Assembly (NCBI GenBank): GCA_965225945.1 | Contig: CBDDBZ010000038.1 | Location: forward strand, 1-64,000 | Origin: Alphaproteobacteria bacterium | Lineage (GTDB): Bacteria; Pseudomonadota; Alphaproteobacteria; GCA-2731375 | DNA length: 64,000 nt | Direction of reading: 5' to 3' | Part shown: positions 1-9,119 of the stretch, in pieces | Layout of the letters: each line of letters begins with the position of its first letter | How positions within the stretch are numbered: the stretch's first letter is position 1 | Translations under genes and position numbers: made by a program | Notes under the pieces: generated by a model | The model's input: the letters and a program-made list of their open reading frames with translations, nothing else | Told to the model about the DNA's origin: nothing | The model's database searches: none

Positions 1-345
1 GCACGCGACGCAAAGCTGTGTCTCAAATCATGGATCCGCACGTCGGCGAGCTCGGCCCGCGCCCGGATGCGCCGCCAGGGGTGCTGAAGGTCGGTCAGAT
101 GGCTGCCCGGCTTCCGGCCCGCGATCACCCACGGGTTGTCCTCGTCGCGGGGCAGGCCCTCCAGCAGCCGCGCCGCAGAGGGCGCCAGCGGCACCGCGCG
201 CCCCCAGTCTTGGTGTCGGGAAGCCGGAGTTCGCCCGCATCCAGGTCGACATGCTCCCACCGCAGCTTCTGAATCTTCGACAACCGGCAGCCCGTCAGCA
301 TCAGAAGTCGGATCGCCGCCACCGCAGAGCGGGTCGCTGGAGGCG
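1..345 (-). pseudogene. Tyrosine recombinase/phage integrase, C-terminal fragment (runs off window edge, 5'-truncated, frameshifted near 200-205)
   Basis: Minus-strand translation gives LLMLTGCRLSKI (catalytic Arg box) ...PDTKTG, then after a 1-nt shift in a G run RAVPLAP...DVRIHDLRHSFASRA (HxxR box). Confidence 0.85.
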
Positions 346-349
346 TCTC

Positions 350-1156
350 GGATCGGTCGTCAGCATCAACGGCTTCATGTTCTACGACCATCTGTGCGGG
401 GAGTGGGGTGCCGGAGCCGTCGACCTGGTGGTCCATGTGCACCGATGCTCCGTGCCGGACGCGCTGGCCTTCCTCTCGGAACTGCAGGGCCACTCCCGCC
501 GCACGGCACATCGTCTCTGCCCACGGGCGCCGAGCCCGCTCAAGCCGGCGCGATCGCAGCGTCAATGGCCGCAGGTGCAACGCTACCTCGTCGACCAGCG
601 CGGCCTCTCGCCCGTGCTCGTCGCCTTGTGCCGAGACCTCGGCCTCCTCTACGCCGACCACCAGGCCAACGCCGTGTTCCTCTGCCGAAATGCCGCCGGT
701 GAGGAAACCGGCACCCAGATCCTCCCCACCGGCGCTCAGCGTTCAGGGTCGGGCACTGCCAGAAAACTGGCGCCTTCCCCGCTCACGCCGGGAAGCTTCT
801 GGATGTCCTGGGGGACCGAGTGGCCGCTCACCGTGCTCATCGCAAAGAACGCCATCGACGCTCTGTCGGTCCTATCCCTCCAGCTCGTGCCGGCCACGCG
901 CAAGGGATGTGCCGTGGTCTCCACCGCTGCCGTCCCGGCAACCATCCCCATCTGGATCGAGGCCTGGAACCCCCGCCGAATCTACTGTGCCTACGACGCC
1001 ACGCGCGACGGCGATGACGCCGCGCAACGGCTACTCCGAAGGGACAACAGGGTCGTCCGCGTCCGGCCCGCCCTCGACGGCGACGACTGGAACGACACGC
1101 TCATGCGAGACCACCTCGGCGAACCGTTGGAGACCGATGATCGGCGGATAAGCTGA
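350..1156 (+). pseudogene. DUF3991/Toprim-like primase-domain protein of conjugative/mobile elements, 5'-truncated
   Basis: ORF 251..1156. From about 350 it reads FYDHLCGEWGAGAVDLVVHV...YLVDQRGL...NAVF...NAIDALS...AYDATRDGD...DDWND, a DUF3991 plus Toprim-like pattern. It abuts the truncated integrase head-to-head with no proper start. Confidence 0.65.
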
Positions 1157-1611
1157 TCCGCTGCCGCCCGATCACGGCCGAAACAAACTACAAAATCCTG
1201 CCCTCGTCACCGTCCTTACGGCGGCGGCGCGCAACCGTCAGCCCAAGACAACGCCCCGCGCCGGAACTTCAGCGAATAAGCGCGCTTCTACGCCATCGTT
1301 AACAAGCACCGCCGTCGCCTTGTGCAAATTCTCGGTGGAGGTCTAAATCGCCACGAGGTCCGAAAATTCAAGAACCGCTGCGATGGTCATTCTGTTGAGC
1401 GTGGTTTCCTCGGTGACAACCGCAGGTTGAGGCGGCTGGCGCAAGGCCGCCCAAACTCGCCGCGCGTGTTAGGCGATCCCTCCGCCACCAGCAGCTTTAT
1501 CCAGCCGGCATGTTCCATCGCCGCCAGCATACGCCCCAACTCGCGCCGGCTGTCGATGTCGCCGCAGATCTCGCAATGAGTGGCTGAAACCGGGATCGCT
1601 TAGCCCCGCCA

Positions 1612-2375
1612 CTAGGATCCGTATAGCCCATAATCCCTGCCTGACTTTCGTCCAAACTCCCATGCCGCTCTCCTATTTTCCTCAAATTCCTCCTCTTTCC
1701 CGAACGCCTTAAGTGCAATACCAAAGCTCAAGAGTCCTCGATACATGTAGTTCCAAAAATCATCCCTGTATTCCTTATGGCGACTCGTTCCAAGAATGCC
1801 ATTTGTGTGAAATCTGGGCGGATTCCCAAAATAGATATCCATGATTTGGTCAGATGCACCGTGCAAGTATCCCGAATACATTTTGCTGACCGTTCTTGCC
1901 GCCTCTGGACCGCTTCCCGATTTGTCGTCAGATATCTTGCCGTCCAAATAGGATCGAATCTTTTTTCTGGGAATCACTGGACGTTTTTGGGTAGAAGACA
2001 TTGCGGTTTCGGCGTCGAATTCCTCTTCATAGAACGCAACCAGATATCTCTCATGCAGCTCAGAAATGCCATCGTGGATGATCGCTAACGACAAAAACAT
2101 CACATCTTCGTTAAATTCATAAAGCATTCGATGTAAGGACGCCTGTTCCTGCACGAATCCATGTTCAACAAGCAACCTCGCGGCACGAAGACCACTTATT
2201 ATTCGAACCAGTTTCTGAACAATCGCCTGCTGGATAGTTGGTCCTCGAATCGATACGCTATAGATTCCTCGTCTCCAATTTTTCTGTTCCTCTGCACCGG
2301 GTGGGGCAACATGAGGAGAAGAAGCGATAACGTTCGATCCATATGGTCCAACGCGTCATCGTAGCTTTCCTCCAT
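1612..2375 (-). CDS. Low-GC hypothetical protein, DUF5677/HEPN-like, split by a 1-nt frameshift near 2240
   Basis: ORFs 2199..2411 and 1612..2175 join (..YRFEDQ/TIQQAIVQKLVRIISGLRAARLLVEHG..) if one A is restored. C-terminal SKMYSGYLHG resembles the S-x3-H motif of DUF5677-like proteins. Clearly AT-richer than its flanks. Confidence 0.6.
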
Positions 2376-2517
2376 ATCTTTTCCCTTTCTATAAGTGGAG
2401 CTGCACGACATGGCTTCCCGTGCGTCTAGGAATAGCCAAGGGAGTCTGACCCGTCTCCGCCTGCCCGGTCCCTGTCGCGGGAACCGCCCAAAGCAGCTAG
2501 CGCCGGTAGATCCTGGC

Positions 2518-2775
2518 TCAGACGGGGTTCCACATGCGAAATACGGGACTTTGCCCGAATCGCCTCTGGAACGCGGCGAAAATGTCGTCCACCAGCTTCA
2601 TGCTCTCACCGGTGTCGCCCGCGACGGCACCCATCACCACCCTTACCGGTTCCAGCTGCAAGGCACCTGTAGGCGGGAGCCACTGTCCCCGGCCTTCCAG
2701 GACGGTCAACCCGGCTTGGAAGGGCGTGGTGATCGTGTCCGCAAGGAAGCCGTGCCACTCAACGCTCTGGTTCAC
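2518..2775 (-). CDS. DUF3574-like small protein (probably N-terminally degenerate)
   Basis: 85 aa; WHGFLADTITTPFQAGLTVLEGRGQW...E...AFQRRFGQSPVFR resembles the DUF3574 pattern (FxxxxVTPxFxxGLTVxxxxGQW...RFxQ); GGGGGA lies upstream of the GTG start. Confidence 0.5.
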   Translation of the reverse strand: MNQSVEWHGFLADTITTPFQAGLTVLEGRGQWLPPTGALQLEPVRVVMGAVAGDTGESMKLVDDIFAAFQRRFGQSPVFRMWNPV

Positions 2776-3015
2776 GTGCGTCCCCCGTGTCAGTTCAGTG
2801 AGGGAGTCCCAAGCTGTAGCCGTAACTCGTGCGCGACGAGCCCGGTCCGTTTGACCGTCACGACATCACTAGTTCCGACAACAAGCAAAACCCGCCTGGG
2901 AGGACTCCCACCGTCCTTGTCCAAGGCATGCCACCACCCTGCCGCCACACAGAGCTCCCGGTCATTTCGGCTGGTGCTCGAAGTCCTGAAACATGCAGGT
3001 GCTCCGACACGGGAA

Positions 3016-3669
3016 TCACTCGTTTCCCACTCGGTTCCCTGATTCGTTGAAGAAATACTGGCCCAGCACGAGGTTTACTCCACGCTGGATGAATTTTCTC
3101 TCCCCACCTTCATCTCGCCTTCCTGCCGCGGCAGAGAGATAGAAACGATACTGCCCGACATCAAACCTCCAACGGTAGGCTGTTTTCGGTGTAGCCCAAC
3201 CCGCATGAACGGCTTGCAGCTCGGCTATCGCCATGACCAGGGAAACAGGGTTGCCGTCCGCCCGCCGCCACAGATTATCGTCACCCAGGAACGAGGTTCT
3301 GTCGCAGTTGGAGAACTGCCAGCCGTCGTTGTCAATCAGCTCCCGGCGAGAGCCGTATGGATGGGTATGGAAATCGCCCAGCAAGGAAAGGTGCGGCGAC
3401 CAGTGCTTGACGATATCGTCCTGCAGAGCGATCACGTCGGAGAACACGTCCGCGCGATCGTTGGCGACCTGCGCCGACACGCATACACTTATCCGGTCGA
3501 CATGCACATGTTCGGTCCCGCCGTCCGGGCCGGACCGGCGGAACCCCCACAGGTGAGCGTAGGTCTCTACCGCTTCGCGGCCGTCGTCGTTGCCGAATGC
3601 GTAAGCTTCGCATGCGGCCAGTACCATGCTTTCCAGCGCGCGTTCGGATATCGTCATCTCGATGGTCAC
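3016..3669 (-). CDS. JAB/MPN (JAMM) domain metalloprotease-like protein
   Basis: 217 aa; N-terminal Glu (AVETYAHLWG) and the JAMM signature GDFHTHPY...FSNCD (HxH...SxxD). Confidence 0.75.
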   Translation of the reverse strand: MTIEMTISERALESMVLAACEAYAFGNDDGREAVETYAHLWGFRRSGPDGGTEHVHVDRISVCVSAQVANDRADVFSDVIALQDDIVKHWSPHLSLLGDFHTHPYGSRRELIDNDGWQFSNCDRTSFLGDDNLWRRADGNPVSLVMAIAELQAVHAGWATPKTAYRWRFDVGQYRFYLSAAAGRRDEGGERKFIQRGVNLVLGQYFFNESGNRVGNE

Positions 3670-3755
3670 GGGTCCGAAGTCCTAGAAGAAAGTGCGTTCG
3701 CAGAAGCGGTGGGCGCCCGAGCCATAACCTGTCATGCCATTGGGGTAGTCGCAAT

Positions 3756-5206
3756 GGCGATGTCCCGCCCAATGTTGAAAAGTGCGAGATAGGCATCGTC
3801 TGATCGAGAGGCTACGCGGCCACCTCGATGTCTTCAATGACGGACTTTGCTCCGGCCTTTCTCACCGCCTCCCGCAGGGCGGCGTCAAGGACGGGGAGCT
3901 GGCGGTAGGCCTTGAGGCGGCGGAAGGTCTTTTGCGCCTCCAAGAGGCCGGCGGCGGTCCAACGCAGCGCCATCTCGGCGTTGCGCCAGCGCTTGACGTT
4001 CCGCTGCACCGTCTGGACGGTGCCGATCGCGTTCTCGATGGCGTTGGTGCAAGCCAGCGAGCGTCGAAGTTGCGGCGGGAGGCCGAGCCGGATCACGGTC
4101 AGGATCTCGTCCAGGCCCTCCAGGATCGAGCCCGAGACGCCGGGTGCGTCATGCTCCAGACGGCGGGCGAGGTTGCGCAAGAGCCGTTCGGCCTTGGCCG
4201 CGTCGTCCTGCTGCCAGGCCTGCCGCAAGACCTTCCTGACGCCGGCATGGAGGCTCTCGTCCAGCCGGTCCGTGATGTTGCGCCCCTTGTGCACCTGGCA
4301 GCGCTGGAGGGCCGCCGCCCGCCCGAAGGTCCGCCGGATCGCCTTCGAGAGCGCCTTGGCGCCGTCGACGATGTAGAGCCGAGGCCGTTCGGGATCGAGA
4401 CCGCGCTCGATCAGGTTGTCGAGCATGGCTTGCACCGTGGCCGCGTTCTCCGTCGCGCCCTCGGCCAGGCCCAGCACGTGCTTCGCGCCGCCGGTGTCGA
4501 TGCCGATCGCCGCCACCATCAGGTGATCGCCGACATGGAGCCCGTCGATCTGGAGCACCACGAGATCGAGATCGTCGAGCGGGCTCGCCAGCCAGGCCTT
4601 CAGCTTGCTTCGCGTCAACGCCACGAAACGGCGCGAGACCGCCGACTTCGAGGTTGCGTCACCCGATGCCGCCGGCAGATCGCCGCCCGCATCGTCCGGC
4701 AGGCGCACCGCGCGGGCATACTTGCGGGTCGAGACGTTGATCACCATCAGATTCATCGCCCAGGCTTGCAAGAGTTCGGGTTCCGACAGCAGCTCCCAAC
4801 TCGGCAGGCTCATCTCCCGACCCGCGAAGTCCCGCACCCGAGGGCGCTCGACCTTCACTTTGCCGCCGTGGTAGGCGATCTCGCTCCGGGTCGTGCCCCA
4901 TCGATGGCCCTTGCGCTCGCCCGAGCGGGCGTGGCGCGAACCGCACAAGGCTTCCGCGTCCGCCGACATCATCTCGTTCAAAGACTCGAGGCCCGCCAAA
5001 AGGCAGAAGCGATCGACGCTCATGCGCAGATCGTCGAAGGCCTCCGGCATCGATGGCAAGAGCCGACAGGATGGTTCCGAGGAACGGTCGTTGCGTGTAG
5101 TCTTGGTCATGGCGTCGTTCTCCTTGATGGAATCAGCACCCAGAGCCTAGCGGCTCCAGGCGGACGACGCCTACTTCAGCTTTTCAACAGAGCCCGGGAC
5201 ATCCCC
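3756..5206 (-). mobile_element. IS256-family insertion sequence, complete
   Basis: Terminal IRs GGCGATGTCCCGCCCAATGTTGAAAAG / GGGGATGTCCCGGGCTCTGTTGAAAAG; 8-bp target duplication GTCGCAAT at 3748-3755 and 5207-5214. Confidence 0.93.
3812..5110 (-). CDS. IS256-family (Mutator-like) transposase
   Basis: 432 aa; QIDG, IVDGAKAL, QRCQVHKGRN and TNAIE motifs. Confidence 0.95.
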   Translation of the reverse strand: MTKTTRNDRSSEPSCRLLPSMPEAFDDLRMSVDRFCLLAGLESLNEMMSADAEALCGSRHARSGERKGHRWGTTRSEIAYHGGKVKVERPRVRDFAGREMSLPSWELLSEPELLQAWAMNLMVINVSTRKYARAVRLPDDAGGDLPAASGDATSKSAVSRRFVALTRSKLKAWLASPLDDLDLVVLQIDGLHVGDHLMVAAIGIDTGGAKHVLGLAEGATENAATVQAMLDNLIERGLDPERPRLYIVDGAKALSKAIRRTFGRAAALQRCQVHKGRNITDRLDESLHAGVRKVLRQAWQQDDAAKAERLLRNLARRLEHDAPGVSGSILEGLDEILTVIRLGLPPQLRRSLACTNAIENAIGTVQTVQRNVKRWRNAEMALRWTAAGLLEAQKTFRRLKAYRQLPVLDAALREAVRKAGAKSVIEDIEVAA

Positions 5207-5350
5207 GTCGCAATATCGGGTCGGATATGCCACCCCGTGCGTACGCATTGCCGGCTTTATCCATTTGAATCAGCGACTGTTTTCCCTCGCCCAATCGCAC
5301 ATCCGGGGACATGCAACCGTTTCTATCTCATGGACGAAATCCGACACCGC

Positions 5351-5524
5351 CTAGTGTCCCGTTTTCGCAATTCGTATGCTCTTGGACTAGATGCCCAACT
5401 CTGGAGAGTTGATCCAAATGTGCGCTCCGCGCCTACCCTGACGCCGCCGAGGCCAGACGTTGCCCGACCGAGGTGAGAACCCGGCAATGCCTAAAACATG
5501 CGAACTTCGCGACCGGGACACTAG
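5351..5524. mobile_element. MITE (about 170 bp), CTAG-bounded, probably IS630-derived
   Basis: Ends CTAGTGTCCCGTTTTCGCAATTCGTATG ... CATGCGAACTTCGCGACCGGGACACTAG form imperfect TIRs; the flanks rebuild the palindrome ACCGC-CTAG-GCGGT; no coding capacity. Confidence 0.75.
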
Positions 5525-5561
5525 GCGGTATTGCCTCTTCAGAGCCGTGCAGCCATCAATC

Positions 5562-7215
5562 GGGTGTGGGTCTGGTATGGAAAATCTAAGTCATTGATTT
5601 AGTGCGATTTTGGTGTCGAGACGGACGGCCGAAAACGGCTATTCGTGACAATGGGCCGCTCCAAGGCAGGATATTGTCACGACGGCAGGGTCGAGCAGGG
5701 GAAGGTGGGAACGCTCCGCACCGCCAGAAGCGGTACGATGCCGTGTCTCGAAACCCAACATCGGGAGCATTCCCATGGCAGTATCCCCGCCTCCGGCGCC
5801 TTCGTCCATCGATCTTTCCGGCCTGCCTCCTCGGGTCGTCGAGGCGGCCGCCCGGGTGCTCGCACTGTGTCGCGAGGAGCTTCGTCCCGAGCCGCGCCCC
5901 GAGGCGCCCGAGGAGGTCGAGTTGCGGGTGCGTGAGGCCACGAACGAGTTCGCTCGCGATGTCATGGGCGCCGTCATCGAGAACCGGGACGATGACGCTT
6001 CCCGGATCGAGCGGGACGGGCAGAGCTGGTTCCGGGTTGCGGCGACGCCGAAGACGATCATGACCTCGCTCGGTCCGGTGACCTACCGGCGAGCGCGTTA
6101 CCGCAGCGGCGCGAGCGGGGCATCGCCGGTGCCGGTCGACGAGAGCCTGGGCCTCGTCGACGATTACCTGACGCGGCCGGCGGCCGAGCTCGGTCTGCTG
6201 ATGATGGGTCACTGCACGGCCCGGGAAGCGGCGGCGTTCTTTGCGAAGACCGCCGCCATGACGCCGTCGGTGAGCACCCTGCAGCGCCTGACCCTGAGCA
6301 TGCACGAATGCTGGGAGAGCCTCGGCCCGGAGACGCTGGGCAGCATCCGTGAGGCCGAGGGCATACCGCAGGACGCGACCACCGCCTCGGTCTCCCTCGA
6401 CGGCGTCATGGTGCCGCTGAGACCCGGCGAGGACGGTCGCGCCAAGGCCTCCTGGCGCGAGGCCGCCTGCGGCACGGTCTCCTTCCACGACGCCGAGGGC
6501 AAGCGCCTGAAGACCCTCTATCTCGGACGCATGCCGGAGAGCGGCAAGCTCACGCTGAAGGCGCAGCTTGCAAGCGAAGTCGCACACATCAGGCGAGCGC
6601 GCCCCGAGATCGGGATCGTCGCTGTCGCCGATGGCGCCGCCGACAACTGGACCTTCCTGGAGACCCTGTCGCCCGAAACCGAGGTGATCGACTTCTGGCA
6701 TGCTTGCGAACATCTGCAAACCGCGTCCGACCATGCCGTGGCGCCCGGCTGGTTCGAGAAGTACCGCGAGATCCTCCGTCACGATCCCCGTGGCGTCGCC
6801 AAGGTGATCCGGGCGCTGCGCCACCTTCGCGATGCCGCCGCTGCGCCGGACCGGGCCGAGACCGAGCGGGAACTCGCCTTCTTCCGCAAGCATCGCCATC
6901 GCATGCGCTACCACGCCCTGAAGGAAGAGGGCATCGCCATCGGCTCAGGCGTGGTCGAGGCTGCCAACAAGACCCTGGTGACACAGCGCATGAAGCGCTC
7001 CGGCATGCGCTGGCGGATCGTCGGCGGACAGGCTGTTCTGACCTTCCGCGCCCTGATCAAATCCGGCCGCTTCGAGCGGGCATGGAAGGCCCTGATCAGC
7101 GCAACCGACACACCGGCCAACGACAACATCAGCCCACGTGCAGCAGCCATGGCAATCGCTGCCTGAACTCAACGAACCAAGCCGCAGCCATCACTGCCAT
7201 GCGAGACTCGCACCC
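5562..7215 (+). mobile_element. ISKra4-family insertion sequence, complete
   Basis: IRs GGGTGTGGGTCTGGTATGG / GGGTGCGAGTCTCGCATGG; 8-bp TSD CATCAATC at 5554-5561 and 7216-7223. Confidence 0.9.
5775..7166 (+). CDS. ISKra4-family transposase
   Basis: 463 aa; SLDG, VADGA, DFWHA and IGSGVVEAANKTLVTQRMKRSGMRW motifs. Confidence 0.9.
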   Translation: MAVSPPPAPSSIDLSGLPPRVVEAAARVLALCREELRPEPRPEAPEEVELRVREATNEFARDVMGAVIENRDDDASRIERDGQSWFRVAATPKTIMTSLGPVTYRRARYRSGASGASPVPVDESLGLVDDYLTRPAAELGLLMMGHCTAREAAAFFAKTAAMTPSVSTLQRLTLSMHECWESLGPETLGSIREAEGIPQDATTASVSLDGVMVPLRPGEDGRAKASWREAACGTVSFHDAEGKRLKTLYLGRMPESGKLTLKAQLASEVAHIRRARPEIGIVAVADGAADNWTFLETLSPETEVIDFWHACEHLQTASDHAVAPGWFEKYREILRHDPRGVAKVIRALRHLRDAAAAPDRAETERELAFFRKHRHRMRYHALKEEGIAIGSGVVEAANKTLVTQRMKRSGMRWRIVGGQAVLTFRALIKSGRFERAWKALISATDTPANDNISPRAAAMAIAA

Positions 7216-8047
7216 CATCAATCGCAGTTCGAGTACGGCCAAATCCAGCCCTGTTTCCCGTCCGATGCGCCGAACAACGCTCCGGGCGGTCGCCTCGACG
7301 TTGCGCGTTCCGAACGGCTCGTGCGGCTTGCCCTGAAGCGACAACACCGCTTTCCGGAGGTTTGACCAACTCTGGTTGGTCGTTTTCCTGATTTCGCGGA
7401 TTTGGGCGTCGATTTCGTCGCTGGATGCGGCGGCGGGCAATGGTCCGCGGCCAGTGGGCTCGCTACCCCCGACCAGAAGCAGGATCGTCCAGTTGATCGT
7501 CCAGGATCGCGTCGAGGTCGACACCGGGGTCGGTGACGAAGTTCGGCGGATCGCAGACCGGATCGGCGCGGAAATGGAGGTCCCACGCCGCCTGGCGAAC
7601 CGCCCTCTCCAGTTCCGGATGTGGATGCTGCCGTTCCGTCAGCATGCCGGCCCAGAACGGCATGTAGCAGAGGTTCCATCCGGCGGTGAACGCGTCCGGA
7701 TCCCAAGGATGCCCCCAGACGTGGCGAACGCCGTAGCCCAAAGCGCGCTCGATCCGGCGTCCGGTATAGCGCGCCCAAGCCTGTTGGGCCTTCGAGTTGT
7801 CGCCTAGCTTAACTTCTCGTCCCTGCCACATGGCGTGGGCACCCCTGTCGAGCTTGGGGTAGTGCTCGCGGCTGAGTCTCGCCCGATCCGGATACAGGGG
7901 CGTGTTCTGCCGGACCCTGTCCGGGTGGACGAAATAGGAATGCTCGAACGCCGCCTGGAGGATCGTCGTACCGCCGTTCTGGAAATAGCGTTCCAGGGAC
8001 TCCACCGGCGACACGAGCCTGCCGTCGTATATGCGGGTTTCGGGCAA
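7216..8047 (-). pseudogene. HNH-like nuclease-domain protein; frame break near 7485; last codons separated by ISKra4 (stop at 5539-5541)
   Basis: TTG start at 8047 with GGGGGA RBS; RHVWGHPWDPDAFTAGWNLCYMP resembles an HNH/beta-beta-alpha core. It apparently continues in ORF 7129..7524, and removing the IS gives ...ELRLMAARL*. Confidence 0.5.
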
Positions 8048-8679
8048 GAATGATCCCCCAGTGCCATTCGGACCCCGATCGCTTGACGCACCACTATCCC
8101 GGGGAGGATGGAGACCGGCTTCCACGCTCGAACTGTATCCATAGCACGGGCCGACCGGTACTCCCAGGCAGGCGGACGCTGCCCGGTGCCGTGTTCCTCT
8201 TGACGATCCAGCCTCGCAATCGACCCGATGCGCCGTTCCGAAGCGCCCGCGGCCGGCCTCGTCGGTGATGGCCCCTCTCCCGCAAGACCTGCGGCGCGGC
8301 CAACCCGACGGTGGCCGTTCGGAACGGCCCTGGCGCAACGGTCCCCGCCGCCAGGAGGGGAGCCCGGCTGGGAAGGGGCCGGCGGCCGGATCTCAGGGGG
8401 AGGGCATCCGCCCGCCGCTCATCATCACCGGCAGGATGGAGACGGCACGATGACGGCAACGATGGCGATGCCCGGCAACACGGCGGATACGTTAGAATCG
8501 TACTCTTGAAGTTGGGTCACAGGTTGAGCGTGACGCTAATGCAATCTGTGTCGGACGGGCGACTCGCCCCCAGTCGCGATATCGACTTCATTCACTTCCG
8601 CATTCAGCGCCCGGTGGTGAAACTCTTTCCTTTTCGGCGGGAGCCACCCCTTCAGTTCCCAGTGCCCATCTCTTGACTG

Positions 8680-9006
8680 TCAGGCACGGAGCTTCACCAC
8701 CGTCGCCGTGTCGCCCGCCAGATACCTCGCCCATTCGGCCATCAGCGCCCGCCGCCGGTCGAGCAGGTCGGAACGGAAATAGGCCCCTTCGACGCCGCCG
8801 ACGGTATGCGCCAGCGCGGCCTCGGCGAGCTCGCGCGGCTTCCCGGTCTCGGCGCACCAGTCCCTGAAGCTCGAGCGGAATCCGTGAATCGTGGTCTTCT
8901 CGACAAGGCCGGTCGAACGGAGCAGCTTACCCATTGTCGTCTCACAGAGCGTTGCCCCCGCCCGGGTCGGCGACGGGAACAGCAAGCCGGAGTCGCCCCG
9001 GAGCGG
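8680..9006 (-). pseudogene. P4-like tyrosine integrase C-terminal fragment, truncated by IS21
   Basis: TIHGFRSSFRDW (HxxR), EAALAH and GAYFRSDLLDRRRALMAEWA (catalytic Tyr); the 5' part ends exactly at the IS21 left end. Confidence 0.9.
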
Positions 9007-9119
9007 TGGAACGGCGTGCAAAGTTGACCCCTGTTGAGGGGTGATCGGCGTCCAAATTTGACCCCCTGAGCCTGGCTAGTCCAAGTCACCTCGTTTTTGG
9101 GCGGACGAGGTGGTGGGGG

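Noticed and set aside
1320-1345. TGTGCAAATTCTCGGTGGAGGTCTA as a transposon end after the Toprim gene
   Set aside because: It looks end-like, but no matching inverted partner or TSD was found in the window.
3782-5476. 564-aa plus-strand ORF and similar long antisense ORFs (5586..6914, 9369..11033, 18788..20581, 47543..49924, 33143..34924)
   Set aside because: These are shadow ORFs opposite or overlapping well-supported genes, expected at high GC, and show no recognisable motifs.
8050-8680. tRNA/att site or ncRNA beside the integrase fragment
   Set aside because: No cloverleaf, T-loop/CCA end or repeated att core could be recognised, and the short ORFs here lack motifs.
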